Shown: positions 41,538-53,428 of the stretch, one piece after another
Layout: each line of letters begins with the position of its first letter
How positions within the stretch are numbered: position 1 is the first letter of the stretch
Assembly: GCA_965644265.1 (NCBI GenBank)
Contig: OZ286459.1
Location: 106,826,001-106,890,000 of the forward strand
Source of the DNA: Glycera tridactyla
Lineage: Eukaryota
Direction of reading: 5' to 3'
Length of the DNA stretch: 64,000 bases
Notes under the pieces: model-generated
Databases searched by the model: none
What the model was told of the DNA's origin: nothing
The model's input: only the letters and a program-made list of their open reading frames with translations
Position numbers and translations under genes: made by a program

Positions 41538-41775
41538 GGGTGGGTGTGGGTCTGGTGGGTGGGTGGGTGTTGTGTGGGTGGGTGTTGTGTGTGTGTATAT
41601 ATGTGTGTGTCAGAGATGTGTGTTTGGGTGGGTGGGTGTGGGTCTGGTGGGTGGGTGGGTGGGTGTTGTCTGGGTGGGTGTTGTGTGTGTGTATGTGTGT
41701 GTGTCAGAGATGTGTGTTTGGGTGGGTGGGTGTGGTTGTGGTGAGGTGGATGGGTGCCGTGTGTGCGGGTGGGTG
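41538..41775. repeat. (GGGT)n-rich ~93-bp tandem repeat next to a gap
   Basis: Anchors TCTGG at 41551/41643 and CAGAGATG at 41611/41705. Confidence 0.8.
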
Positions 41776-44032
41776 GGTGCGATATATAACATTACATCAT
41801 TCAACAATGCCATATAGATAAACATAAAACCTATATCCGGGTCATATCTACTCCCCCGCCCAGTCACGTAGCCTTTTATCAGGCGAGCCTCAGAATAGAA
41901 TAGACATATAATTACATCCTAATTAGTTCCCAGATAGATACCAAAGTCAGCTTCTATATAATCACCAGTTCATCATCAAGATGAGAGATACGCCCGGTCT
42001 TTATTGAAAAATATGCAATGCTCCCAAGGACACATCACATCGAAATGATTCCATTTCGATAATCTGTAGTGTTGATGATTTGATTGGTTGAGCGAGTATT
42101 GCGTCACGTATTATCAACCCTGGCAGGATATGAGACTGACATATTGGGCCGGTTCTCACTCATATGGTCCATAGGATAGTTTGTTTCTAGCGTATTCAGA
42201 CTTCTTTTCTGCTTAAAACCATCACTCAAGAATTGAGCACTCCTCGGAGGGGATCTTCCCTACTTTTCGCTAAATAACAAGAGGGTCGGTCTTTCACGTG
42301 CATGCGACATAGCACTATAAACAGCAGCGAAACACTGGATTAACATGTCCACGACCCATATCTTACGAAACAGTAAAATCTTCGTCGGATACCCAGAGAT
42401 GTGTTTGATATCCCTCTGTTCAAATATTTTCTTCATTTTTCCAACCTTGTCTTATCATGACCTAATATGCTGAAATTGATTAATTCGAGCAGCAAGTGAC
42501 TGATAATCATCTCAACGTCCATTTATTTCTTGATTCAATCATCAAACAACGTTACTTGAATATCAGCCACATGTGAACTATCTGGTATATGATGTCCACA
42601 TTCAAATGATCCATTAGAATTCACATTTCCTATATACATTGATATGACTTTCAAGAAGATGAGGCACTTTCTGGCTTCTCTAAATCTATATACCCCCTTA
42701 TTCCGTACTTGTAAAAATCTTTGAATCCAGACAACTCTGATTTACGACTCCAAAGCAATGCTTGTACTTGCTCTTGGACAACATGTTTCTTTTTGTCTCG
42801 ACAGAGAATTATGATTGACCTGTACTAAGCACATGGTTTATCCACATTCCGTGACTTTCTGCTTGTGCTTTACTATACGACCATTGCAATTTTCAGCCTC
42901 TCTAAGATTGCCTCTCTCTTGTTCAAACTGCGGCTTTGACCTTAGAGATCAACAGTAAATAGAGCCCTCTCCTACGGTTGCTGTGGATTAACACTGGCAT
43001 CGTTGTGGGATTTGCATCCTAATCAGTGCGTGTCTGCATATGTTGTCAGATGACCTGCCGCATCATGGCATGACCTTTGGGAAAAGAAACACGATCTCTG
43101 AGGTCCATTTCACAAGTGTGCCTAAGTGAACCATCTTTTAAGGTTTTGATATCCCGCTGAGATCCCGGTGGACATGTGATGATGCATTGGTCAACTAAGT
43201 ACCCCACCCAGCACATGGGCACCAGAATATCATGGATGGAGTGATCACATGAGTGCAGCCATGCTTCAAGGTCGTAATGCATGTGACCTGATGCAGCTGG
43301 AGTCTGAATGCATAAGACCAAATGTTGGGGTATATAGACCATGTAGAAGGCATTCATGGCGAAATGAGAGATTGCCTGAGTTCAAGTATGACCGAGGGTG
43401 ATAATATTTGTGACTTGTTCAGATTTATAGATTGTACATAGAGATTGTATATGGAGAGTGCAGTGTGTGGTGCAGGGAGAAAGTGGAATAGATCTCGAAG
43501 AGTACATAAAAGACAGCCATAAGTATTTGAGTGTCTCGATAAAAGGTGGGATCAACTATTACTCAAAGTGGTAATATCTATGACTTTGTGTAGTTGAAAT
43601 TAAGATATGTGGGTGATACATGAATAATAATATAGGTTCAAGACACGGTGGAAACACCCAAAGCTATGCAAGAATCACCATAGAAGAGATGGGGAAATAA
43701 TTAGGTTATACAGTTGTAATATTTGTGAATTGGTGACTGAGAGCACGAAGAAGACAGTCAAAGCCAAATAAGTGTCTTCATCAGGCGAGAGGGAGGAGGA
43801 CTAACGTGAGTGGACCACGTATCTGCAGCTTAGACTTAGGTGTCAAATGTTGAGGTATGTGAGTGGATCTAAAAAAAGTGAAAGGCATTCGAGGCTAGGT
43901 AGTGTCTCCATTACAGCATTAGGAGGAGGAGGAGGAGGAGGAGGAGGGGAGGAGGGAGAGGAGGAGACAACAAGACTTCAACTATGGGTCAGACTTATAA
44001 TGTGTGTGACTTGGAAGAGGAGTTGGAAGACT

Positions 44033-44300
44033 ATTGAAGCTAGGTGAGTGTCCCATAAAGATAGGAGGGGATGAGGTGAGTTCGAGGAGCAGTTGGGAGA
44101 CAGTTGAAGCTAGGGGAGTGTCCCCATAAGAATAGGAGGGGATGAGGTGAGTTCGAGAAGCAGTTTGGAGACAGTTGAAGCTAGGTGAGTGTCCCCATAA
44201 AAGTAGCAGGGGATGAGGTTAGTTCGAGGAGCGGTTGGGAGACAGTTGAAGCTAGGTGAGTGTCCCCATAAAAGTAGGAGGGGGGATAAGGTGAGTTCAA
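44033..44300. repeat. 71-bp tandem repeat, ~3.8 copies
   Basis: Unit GTTGAAGCTAGGTGAGTGTCCCCATAAAAGTAGGAGGGGATGAGGTGAGTTCGAGGAGCAGTTGGGAGACA, starting at ~44033, 44103, 44174 and 44245. Confidence 0.95.
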
Positions 44301-45359
44301 CTATGGTTTAGAGCAGGAGAAGATGAAGGAGGTTAGGGCAGACGGGGCTCAACTGTCGACATTAGTATCACCATCTCACGTCAAGCCAACGGATGATGCG
44401 CACACTCAGAAAGAAGCTTTAACCTTCACTTCCCCATCTCCATTTTCCAACAACACCGCCATTTCATAAACATTAACAACCCTACCAAATCGAATAATAC
44501 AATTCATGATTCATATTGTGAAAATATTTACATAGGTATACTTTTATTTGATCTATATTTTAATGCGACATATGAGTTAGTGTTTGATCGGTTCTGTTAG
44601 GTTGTTTTTTTTGGGGGGGGGGGGGGGGGGGGTGTTTTATAAGAATCTGGGGTTAAGAGGGTTGAGCATGTCTAGCGGCGGCGACTGCGATTTCGGTTCC
44701 AATTATGTGGCATCCGCATGGTGCCTATATGATACGGGATTAACCATCCTATCTACGACCTGATCACCTATATGTTTCCCCTAATCTGGCTCAAGATGCC
44801 ATCAGCTCAAACATGATCATCCCTATACGGATGCTGCATCCATCCTTATGTTTATCCTGATCACAGCTGCCACGGATGAGCTGTATGCAGTGCTTCTGTG
44901 TAGGCAAAAGTGGGATTCACATACCTAAGACAACCATTTCAGCTTACTCAATCTATGATTCTCCCTATTACTCTCGAAGATATTCCCTCTCCTGGTCAAT
45001 TTGTTAGACATGCATCCATGCAATATATCACTACCAGATTCCAATGAGTTTATCAGTAATACAAAATCTCGAAAAATTCCAATCCGAGAATTGAGAATTT
45101 GGATCGAGGTTTCGATATAGATACTTCTTCGATCATGGTATGTTCAGAGAATTCATCGGAAGTTTGACAAGGAATGATCAGAGTGACGTAGAGATTTCTT
45201 CTGGATTGCATCTCTAGTATTTGTATGTCAGATTTCATATATGTCTTCCGTTGAGGACCCAGATGTTGAAGTCTTGAATGGTCATACCCATGTGCATCAC
45301 ATGGGCGTTCCAATATAGCCCAGCTGGTGCTTATGGGACGTATGACAACCACCCTTTCC

Positions 45360-46035
45360 NNNNNNNNNNNNNNNNNNNNNNNNNNNNNNNNNNNNNNNNN
45401 NNNNNNNNNNNNNNNNNNNNNNNNNNNNNNNNNNNNNNNNNNNNNNNNNNNNNNNNNNNNNNNNNNNNNNNNNNNNNNNNNNNNNNNNNNNNNNNNNNNN
45501 NNNNNNNNNNNNNNNNNNNNNNNNNNNNNNNNNNNNNNNNNNNNNNNNNNNNNNNNNNNNNNNNNNNNNNNNNNNNNNNNNNNNNNNNNNNNNNNNNNNN
45601 NNNNNNNNNNNNNNNNNNNNNNNNNNNNNNNNNNNNNNNNNNNNNNNNNNNNNNNNNNNNNNNNNNNNNNNNNNNNNNNNNNNNNNNNNNNNNNNNNNNN
45701 NNNNNNNNNNNNNNNNNNNNNNNNNNNNNNNNNNNNNNNNNNNNNNNNNNNNNNNNNNNNNNNNNNNNNNNNNNNNNNNNNNNNNNNNNNNNNNNNNNNN
45801 NNNNNNNNNNNNNNNNNNNNNNNNNNNNNNNNNNNNNNNNNNNNNNNNNNNNNNNNNNNNNNNNNNNNNNNNNNNNNNNNNNNNNNNNNNNNNNNNNNNN
45901 NNNNNNNNNNNNNNNNNNNNNNNNNNNNNNNNNNNNNNNNNNNNNNNNNNNNNNNNNNNNNNNNNNNNNNNNNNNNNNNNNNNNNNNNNNNNNNNNNNNN
46001 NNNNNNNNNNNNNNNNNNNNNNNNNNNNNNNNNNN
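45360..46035. other. Assembly gap (largest of 15 N-runs)
   Basis: The N-runs vary in length and most abut simple repeats, consistent with short-read scaffolding gaps. Confidence 0.9.
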
Positions 46036-48550
46036 ATTCGTATTTTTGGTGGTTATGGAATGTGTTTGTGTGTGATTTTAGTGAGTGAGAGGGGGGAGAG
46101 AGTTGTTCGTATATAGCGTGCGGGGCTTGGCCGTGTCTGATGCCTGACCTAGGCAACACTAATTGCTGGGGTTTCCGAGCATTTAACCTACTGAGTGGTT
46201 GGCGCCGGGCAATTTCCTGCATGGCTTTCTCAGACGTGCAGCGTATCCACATTTCATTTGATTAATCCCAGGCTTGGTATGCAGGTAGAGAGAGATGAGG
46301 CTAAGCCGATCATCTTAGGCCACACAATCCTGCTGGTCTCCAGTCTCAACCAAGTCCTTCGACACCCGCCACAACTACAGCAATGCGCTATATGAATTTG
46401 TAGGGCCACAGGAGTGTGCCAACATCTTATGATTTCGCTCCCAACAATTATAAATGGGTATCATAAACTTTCAACTCCGTTTGGGACTCAGATATATGAG
46501 TTTTGAGTTATCTCGCCCATGCCGCATTGATGACTCAATAAAGACTGGTTAGAGTTGAATGGGTAGGTTATTACCGAATAAAAGCCATGACAGACATTAT
46601 GTCCTCTTTCTCTTTTATTCGATCTATTGTGAAATTGTTGATCCTACTATGCTCGACTCTTGTTTTAATCTTGTGGNNNNNNNNNNNNNNNNNNNNNNNN
46701 NNNNNNNNNNNNNNNNNNNNNNNNNNNNNNNNNNNNNNNNNNNNNNNNNNNNNNNNNNNNNNNNNNNNNNNNNNNNNNNNNNNNNNNNNNNNNNNNNNNN
46801 NNNNNNNNNNNNNNNNNNNNNNNNNNNNNNNNNNNNNNNNNNNNNCGTGTGTAAGTGTGTGAGTATGTGTATGTGCTGATGTGAGTGTTTGGGGTCAGAC
46901 TACAAACTATTTCCTATATTCGCCCCATAACTGTTTGTGAGCGACGGCGGTTGAAGTGAGGTAGAATGTGATGCCATACAATAGGAGATGATTCCCACGA
47001 CAAATGTCACCATTATGAATGGTTACCATCCATCCGTCGTGTACCATCACGACATCATCGGAGGATGGAAGTCAAAGTAGAATCCACAGAAAACATGGAT
47101 GAAACGGCGTCTCTCCGCTTGCTAGTATTCCTATCAAATATGCATGAGCCGCACCTCGACATCAATGCGTCACTAATGGAGATATTGCGAGTTGCTGATA
47201 CCAGATGGCTAGTGTGAATATTGATGACGTCACATTGGGGGGATGTATGAATTATAGAGGAGTCACATAGACTGACAATGGTACTGGGAACAATGACACC
47301 CAGCCAATTTGACGCTTCATAACACTGCCGTATTACCTCCTCTCTACCATTAGGACTGTATTAGCACACAGGTTCGAACCCCACTCTCACCAGGATATGT
47401 TTCAAAGGTGATGATTCTGTGGGATATTGATTTATCATTGATATGATACAGCGGTTGCAATTGATGGGGGTTTCACGAGACAGTATTCATAGTTTGTATA
47501 GAGGTGATCTTGAGCAGATTCAACTGTGTCCCTACATCTCACAACCAAACCGCCCACCACTGATTTAGGATCATTCATGTTATATTTTTTTTAGCCAATG
47601 AGAGGAACCTAGTAGTATAGAGAAGTTCTTTGAGAATGCCCCACCCCCTCCCCCCAGTAAGCTTCGAATGTCTGTGAGGTCAATACAATGAGGGTGAGCG
47701 TTGAATGAATCCTCCCATGTCCGTCACACGGGGATCTCAATGTAGCACAGCAGGTGCTTTTACGAATCCCAAAACAACCTACCAACCATGACTTCGGAAC
47801 TCTGGTATAACCTTTGATATTCACAGTGTTGGACCTTTATTCGAGGATTGCTGACCCAGGCGATAAAAGGAGAATGTTGACATCATCTCGGGTGACAGGG
47901 TCTTGGCTTGTGACTGAGCAATGCACTTATTGCCTTGCGTTATTTGTAGTTATCAGCGATTAGATTGCATGGTAGTTTCAATGGGTATTCATGAAGGTTG
48001 GCAGAGGCACAACATCTGTTATCTACACGCTGATCTCGATATTCATCCAAATCTGATAACTGTGGCAAATAACAGGAATTTCAATATAAACGCTCCGTCA
48101 ATTAGTCATGAACCATGTCATGATATGCCCTCCCTCCTCCCATATTTCTATTCTTCTTCTTCTCTTCTCTCTTTCTTTATTTCTTTCTTCCATTCTTCCT
48201 CTCCCCCCCCCTCTCACTCTCTTTGTGTCTCTACCTCTTGGATTCCGTCCCTTCCTTTTTTCTCTCACACCATTTTTGTCAATTTATCCAGCCCATCGAC
48301 GATATTCACAGTTCTCTGGCTCTTGTATCCTGCCTCTGCCTCCTCCTCATCCTCCTCTTCTCCTCTCTCTTCCTCTATATTTCTCTCTATCCATCTCTCT
48401 CTTTCTCTCTTTTTCTAGCTCTTTATCTCATCCTCACCATCACTGTCTCTTCCTTATTCCTCACCATCACTTCCCTATACTTAATTACCGATGCCTCACT
48501 CTTTCGGAAGTTCGTATTATTCCTGTGTCTACGCACATCCATGCGATTGT

Positions 48551-48629
48551 CTGACGTTACACCTCATTACTCTATTGCAGGTGAGTGTCTAGGAAGTGTT
48601 CACCCTATATAACGCAGCGACTGGTAAGA
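48551..48629 (+). other. Fused 3'/5' splice site (candidate recursive-splicing site) with a downstream cryptic exon
   Basis: Branch-point CTGAC (48551-48555), no AG from 48511 to 48578, CAG|GTGAGT at 48580/48581, and a second donor CTG|GTAAGA at 48623/48624. Confidence 0.5.
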
Positions 48630-49068
48630 GAACTCGGCAACCATGCATTCTGTACACATGATCATGCTGATATATTGTTGGCTGGTGTATATATCAGCAG
48701 CTCGTTCTGTGGGGAGTGGTAACATTTTGCATACTGGTTGCCTGCTGGTGTCGGAACTGGCACAGCTTCATTTGCTAGTCGGATCTTGATGGTAGCATTG
48801 CGTGTATGTAGCTGATTATGGCGGCCCATCAAGAGAATGTTGGGACACCAGCAGTGGGAGGAAGCCACCTATACCCTGCCACTCTTCTAGCCATCTAGGG
48901 CTAATGTTACACCTTCGTGTTGTCCACAAAAAACAACCTCAGTGAAGGTTAGATGCCATTCTAGCTCAATATGCTTTGTGTAGGAATGTGGGATATATAT
49001 CCTGCTAGCACACTAGAGTGGGTGACTACCACTTGTGTCTGCATTCGCTACCGATGCTATTCCTACTT

Positions 49069-49111
<43 letters not shown>

Positions 49112-49427
49112 CTATACTACTTTTGATGAAAATATCANNNNNNNNNNNNNNNNNNNNNNNNNNNNNNNNNNNNNNNNNNNNNNNNNNNNNNNNNNNNNNN
49201 NNNNNNNNNNNNNNNNNNNNNNNNNNNNNNNNNNNNNNNNNNNNNNNNNNNNNNNNNNNNNNNNNNNNNNNNNNNNNNNNNNNNNNNNNNNNNNNNNNNN
49301 NNNNNNNNNNNNNNNNNNNNNNNNNNNNNNNNNNNNNNNNCAAAGCTACTGCTGCCATCACTGATACTATTACTACAGCGTCCCATATTCGCCATGAAAA
49401 TAAAGAAATCTTTGAGATTACCCCTAA

Positions 49428-49886
49428 TTAGAAGGCAATCGGTATCAGAATACATCATTCATTTTCAAAGCGCAGCATATCACACACAGAGTGCCTTCTA
49501 TGTCATGTGGTGTAGTGAATGACTATGTTGTCCTAGCTGGGGGTGTGAATAATATTCCAGATGAAAGTCCGGAGGCCTGTGTGCAAAATATTGGACAACT
49601 TGTTGCATGTACTCTTGCTTGTAATCCAAAAAGCCAGATTATCTTGCCAAGTATTCCTTACCGGTATGACAGCCCTATGTTAAATGAAAAAATTGATCAG
49701 GTAAACAGCTTACTAAAACAGAAGTGTGAGGCTATGGAAAATGTCAATTTTTTACAGCACTTTTATGAGCCTGCGGATTACAGAAAGGATGGCTTGCATT
49801 TCAACAGTATCGGCCAAGCTAAGTTTGCCAGCTTTCTGAGACAGTATATTTTCTCGAGCTCAGGCAATGTTGAGAAGAGAGGGTAG
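49428..49886 (+). pseudogene. LINE ORF1 C-terminal part, SGNH/GDSL esterase domain (N-terminal GDS block missing)
   Basis: Translation contains block III-like GGVNNI and block V DGLHFN (D-x-x-H). The frame is open from 49428 (after TAA at 49425-49427), but no GDS catalytic-serine block is present. Confidence 0.85.
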
Positions 49887-51261
49887 TTATTCCTTGAAGC
49901 AGGTCATTCCTGCTGATCATGTCATTCTAAAATCAATGAATAGAAATCTGGTAAATATTATTCTACAAGATAGCGCTGATACACATAGCTCTCAGACAAA
50001 TATTCCTATTTCTGAAGAGATCACAAATAACTCAGCCGAAATGGAGAGAGATGCCAGTTTGTATGATGATGCAAGTGATGAGTTGACTTCTTCAGACATC
50101 CATGGTGGGACTGATCAGGATGTTGCTTCTATTTCTGTCACTGAGGAAAATACTCTTATAAAAGAAATTATCCAATATCGAACAAAATTTAGCAGCAATT
50201 TAATACTATCACACATTGATATAAATAGTATAAGATACAAGTTTCAAATGATACAGGAAATACTCTCACAGAAATTAAGTGACATTCTCACAATAAGTGA
50301 ATCGAAACTTGACTCATCTTTTACTGACTCGAGCTTCTCTGTGGAGAACTATACTCTTCACAGGCAGGACCGAGATAGTAAGGGGGGAGGACTGATGACT
50401 TATATTCATACCAAAATTCCTCACAGAAGAAGAAAGGAACTTGAGGTTAATATTCCTGGTTTTGAATCTCTATGTATTGAATGTCATCTGAAAGAAGAAA
50501 AATGGTGTTTTGTTTCTTTGTACAAACCCCCGGGTACACGTGACAGTCTATTTTCAAAATGTTTCAAAGCAATGATTGAACCAATCTTAAGTGATTATGC
50601 AATGTTTGTTTTTATGGGCGATCTTAATTTTGACATGCTTGAATCTAATATTCTACATGAACTCTGTGATGTTTATGGTCTATCAAACATGGTGAAAAAT
50701 GCAACTTGTTTCAAGAAAGTATCTGGGACTTTATTGGATGTAATCTTGACAAATGTCAAATCTAGATTTTATTCGGAACTGAATGTTGATTATCCTGAAA
50801 GTGATTTCCATCACTGGGTAGGTTTGGCTTCCCGAATACATACTCCAGAACTATCCAAGAAACGGATCTTTTATCGTAGTTACAAGAAATTTGATTTATC
50901 AGCTTTTCAATCTGACGTACAGAAATTTTGTTCATCACTTCACTCCAAGTCTCACAACTCCGATGATGCTAATGAGATTTATGGTTCTTTGTACAAGAAT
51001 TTCTCGCATGTAGTAGAAAAATATGCACCAATGAAAAGCAAGACAATTAAGAGTAACTATGTGCCATACATGAATAGCCAATTACGTAAAGCTATCTTTA
51101 AGAAGAGAATGCTTCATTACTCTTTGAGGTACCATGTAAAAGGTAGCTCAGAGCACAGAAAATACAGAATTGCATGTAATGAGGTTGTCAAGCTTAAAAG
51201 GAAATCAGAGAAAATATATTTCAAAGCCATATATGAAAGAAACATCTGGCAAGAGTCATAA
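49867..51261 (+). pseudogene. LINE ORF2 N-terminal segment: apurinic-like endonuclease
   Basis: APE motifs HIDINS, ISESKL, YKPP, MGDLNFD, TLLDVIL and SDFHH. The ATG at 49867 overlaps the last 20 nt of ORF1. The true frame shifts near 51220. Confidence 0.93.
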
Positions 51262-52480
51262 CAGCATAACACTTAATGAGAATCATGGCATTATTACCTC
51301 TGAAGATGAAGTTGTTAATATCCTGAATGAGTACTTTGTGAATGCTGGCATTGTAAGTAACACTGAAGATCCTATATTACAACCGCTCAGTTTGACAATT
51401 TCTGAACATAGCCAGCACCCAAGTGTAATGCAGATCAGGAGCATCTATGGGCCCTCCATGCACATTGAAATGTTCAAGTTCAAGGCAGTGTCATCTCATG
51501 AGGTCCAGTCATGTATCAGTAAACTTAATATTGAAAAAGCAGTTGGTTTTGACAATATCACTGCAGGTTTATTCAAGGATGTATCTGAACAACTTACACC
51601 TTTTCTGACAGAACTGATAAACAGATGTATCAGTACAGCAGTTTTCCCAGACATGCTGAAACAGGCCGAAATAGTACCTATTTTCAAAAAAATAGACAAA
51701 CTTGACAAGCAGTATTACAGACCTGTCAGTATCTTATCAGTCATTTCTAAAGTTTTTGAGAGGATCATTGAGAAACAACTGTCAGGCTTCTTTGAAACCA
51801 TTTTCAATATTTGCATATCTGGCTTCCGTAAACAGCATAGCTGTCAGCACGTTCTGTTAAACATGACTGAAGAATGGCGAACATCACTGGATAACAATGA
51901 GAAAGTAGCTGCAGTAGCTATGGATTTATCGAAAGCCTTTGACTGTCTTCCGCACGGAATCCTGATTGCCAAATTATATGCATATGGGTTTTCAATGTCT
52001 GCATGCTCTCTTATAGCAAATTATTTGAGTAACCGAACTCAAAGAGTACGTCTATATAATACAAGAAGTGAGTGGGCAAAAATCAAAACTGGGGTACCAC
52101 AAGGCTCCATTTTAGGACCTCTTTTATTTAATATCTTTATGAATGATTTCTTCTTTATCGCCAAAAAATTCTCTATTCATAACTATGCAGATGATAACAC
52201 CTTGAGCTATTCCAGTAAGTGTATGACTGAATTAGTATCTGTTATCGAGGAGGAATCATTACTTGCTTTAGACTGGTTTGAGAGCAATCTCATGAAAGCT
52301 AACCCAGATAAATTCCAAGTCCTTTTTCTGGGAAAAAATATGGAAGCTGACAAAAAGAGGTTGACTTTGGATGGAATCGAGATTTGTGGAGAAAATAGTA
52401 TAAACATACTTGGTATCCAAATTGATTATGATATGATGAACATGTCTCTAATCTTTGTAAAAAAGCAGGTCAGCAGATAA
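51170..52480 (+). pseudogene. LINE ORF2 reverse transcriptase segment
   Basis: RT motifs YRPVSILSVISKVFERII, SGFRKQHS, DLSKAFD, GVPQGSILGPLLF and YADD (52184-52195). No internal stops; the frame shifts again near 52435. Confidence 0.97.
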
Positions 52481-53004
52481 ATGTGCTAAAACGTCTAAAG
52501 AACAAGTTGTATAAAAGTAGCCGATGGGCCATCTACTCTTCGTTTATTAGCTCCACCTTCAACCATTGTCCTGTAGTTTGGATGTTTTGTGGGGCAAAAA
52601 GTATGCATACTTTGGAAAAAATTCAAGAGAGAGCTCTACGTTTTGTTTTCAGTGATGATTGTTCCCCCTATTCTGAGCTACTTAAGAATGCATGCATAAG
52701 TTCTCTTGAAACCACTAGGATATACTTTGCTGTGGTTGAGGTGTATAAAAGCTTGAATGCTATCTCGCCTAAATATATGAGAGACCTGTTTGAGATTAAA
52801 CAACTACCTTATGGCATGAGGGATCAATCCAAACTTGTTCAACCAAAATTTAATTCAAAAACATACGGGTACCATTTTTTTGAGTATATTGGGAGCAAAA
52901 TATGGAATATGCTGCCATTTGAAGTTAAAGTCAAACCAACCATAGACAGCTTCAAACATGAAATCAAAAGATGGTGCTATGATAATCAACCATTTAATTA
53001 TTGA
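52436..53004 (+). pseudogene. LINE ORF2 C-terminal segment
   Basis: The frame entered after the second frameshift reads DEHVSNLCKKAGQQINVLKRL...HCPVVWMFCG...LEKIQERALR...GSKIWNMLP, typical of CR1/L2 ORF2 C-termini. Confidence 0.9.
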
Positions 53005-53325
53005 AATACTATTGTACCTTTAGCCTCCAAAATTTTGACTTATTATCAGTGATTATACTACTTTTGCTACATGTTTTTATCATCCAAATTTTTTGCACCT
53101 TTATCAATGATTTTACTTTTATATCACAACACATTTTTATCGATGAGATGAAATATTTTGATTTTACCATGTGTATACCTCATTTTATGTTTTAGTCCAC
53201 ATCTCTGTATATAAATTATTTCACATGTTTGTACATACATTGCCCACAATTCTTGATTTTACTCACATGCCTCTGTTTCTCTTTATTGTACTGTATACAA
53301 AATACTATCATTTATACACTTGTAA

Positions 53326-53391
53326 AGTCGGTAAATAGCTTCTTCAGAAGCTAATGTTATATGTTGTATTATCACCCGACTATAAATAAAG

Positions 53392-53427
<36 letters not shown>
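53326..53427 (+). terminator. LINE 3' end: stem-loop, poly(A) signal and (ATT)12 tail
   Basis: 8-bp hairpin TAGCTTCT-TC-AGAAGCTA (53336-53353) inside a possible outer stem AGTCGG (53326-53331)/CCGACT (53376-53381), followed by AATAAA and (ATT)12. Confidence 0.8.

Positions 53428-53428
<1 letters not shown>

Larger units (their letters stand above)
49428..53427 (+). mobile_element. Non-LTR retrotransposon (LINE, CR1/L2 group), 5'-truncated, two frameshifts in ORF2
   Basis: Ordered SGNH-esterase ORF1 remnant, APE endonuclease, RT, ~390-nt 3' UTR, AATAAA (53385-53390) and (ATT)12 tail (53392-53427). The clade assignment rests on established knowledge (esterase ORF1, short-repeat tail, RT motif style). 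The 5' end lies near an N-gap (49138-49340); no TSD was identifiable. Confidence 0.95.

Noticed and set aside
44613-44632. Long G homopolymers (also ~8891, ~14872, ~62234) and C runs
   Set aside because: G-quadruplex potential only; no pattern linking them to other features.
45053-46252. 399-aa and other long ORFs containing X runs
   Set aside because: Open only because they span N-gaps. The same applies to the ORFs over the other gaps.
47340-47400. B-box-like GGTTCGAACCCC
   Set aside because: No cloverleaf or A-box could be built; at most a decayed SINE head, not a tRNA gene.
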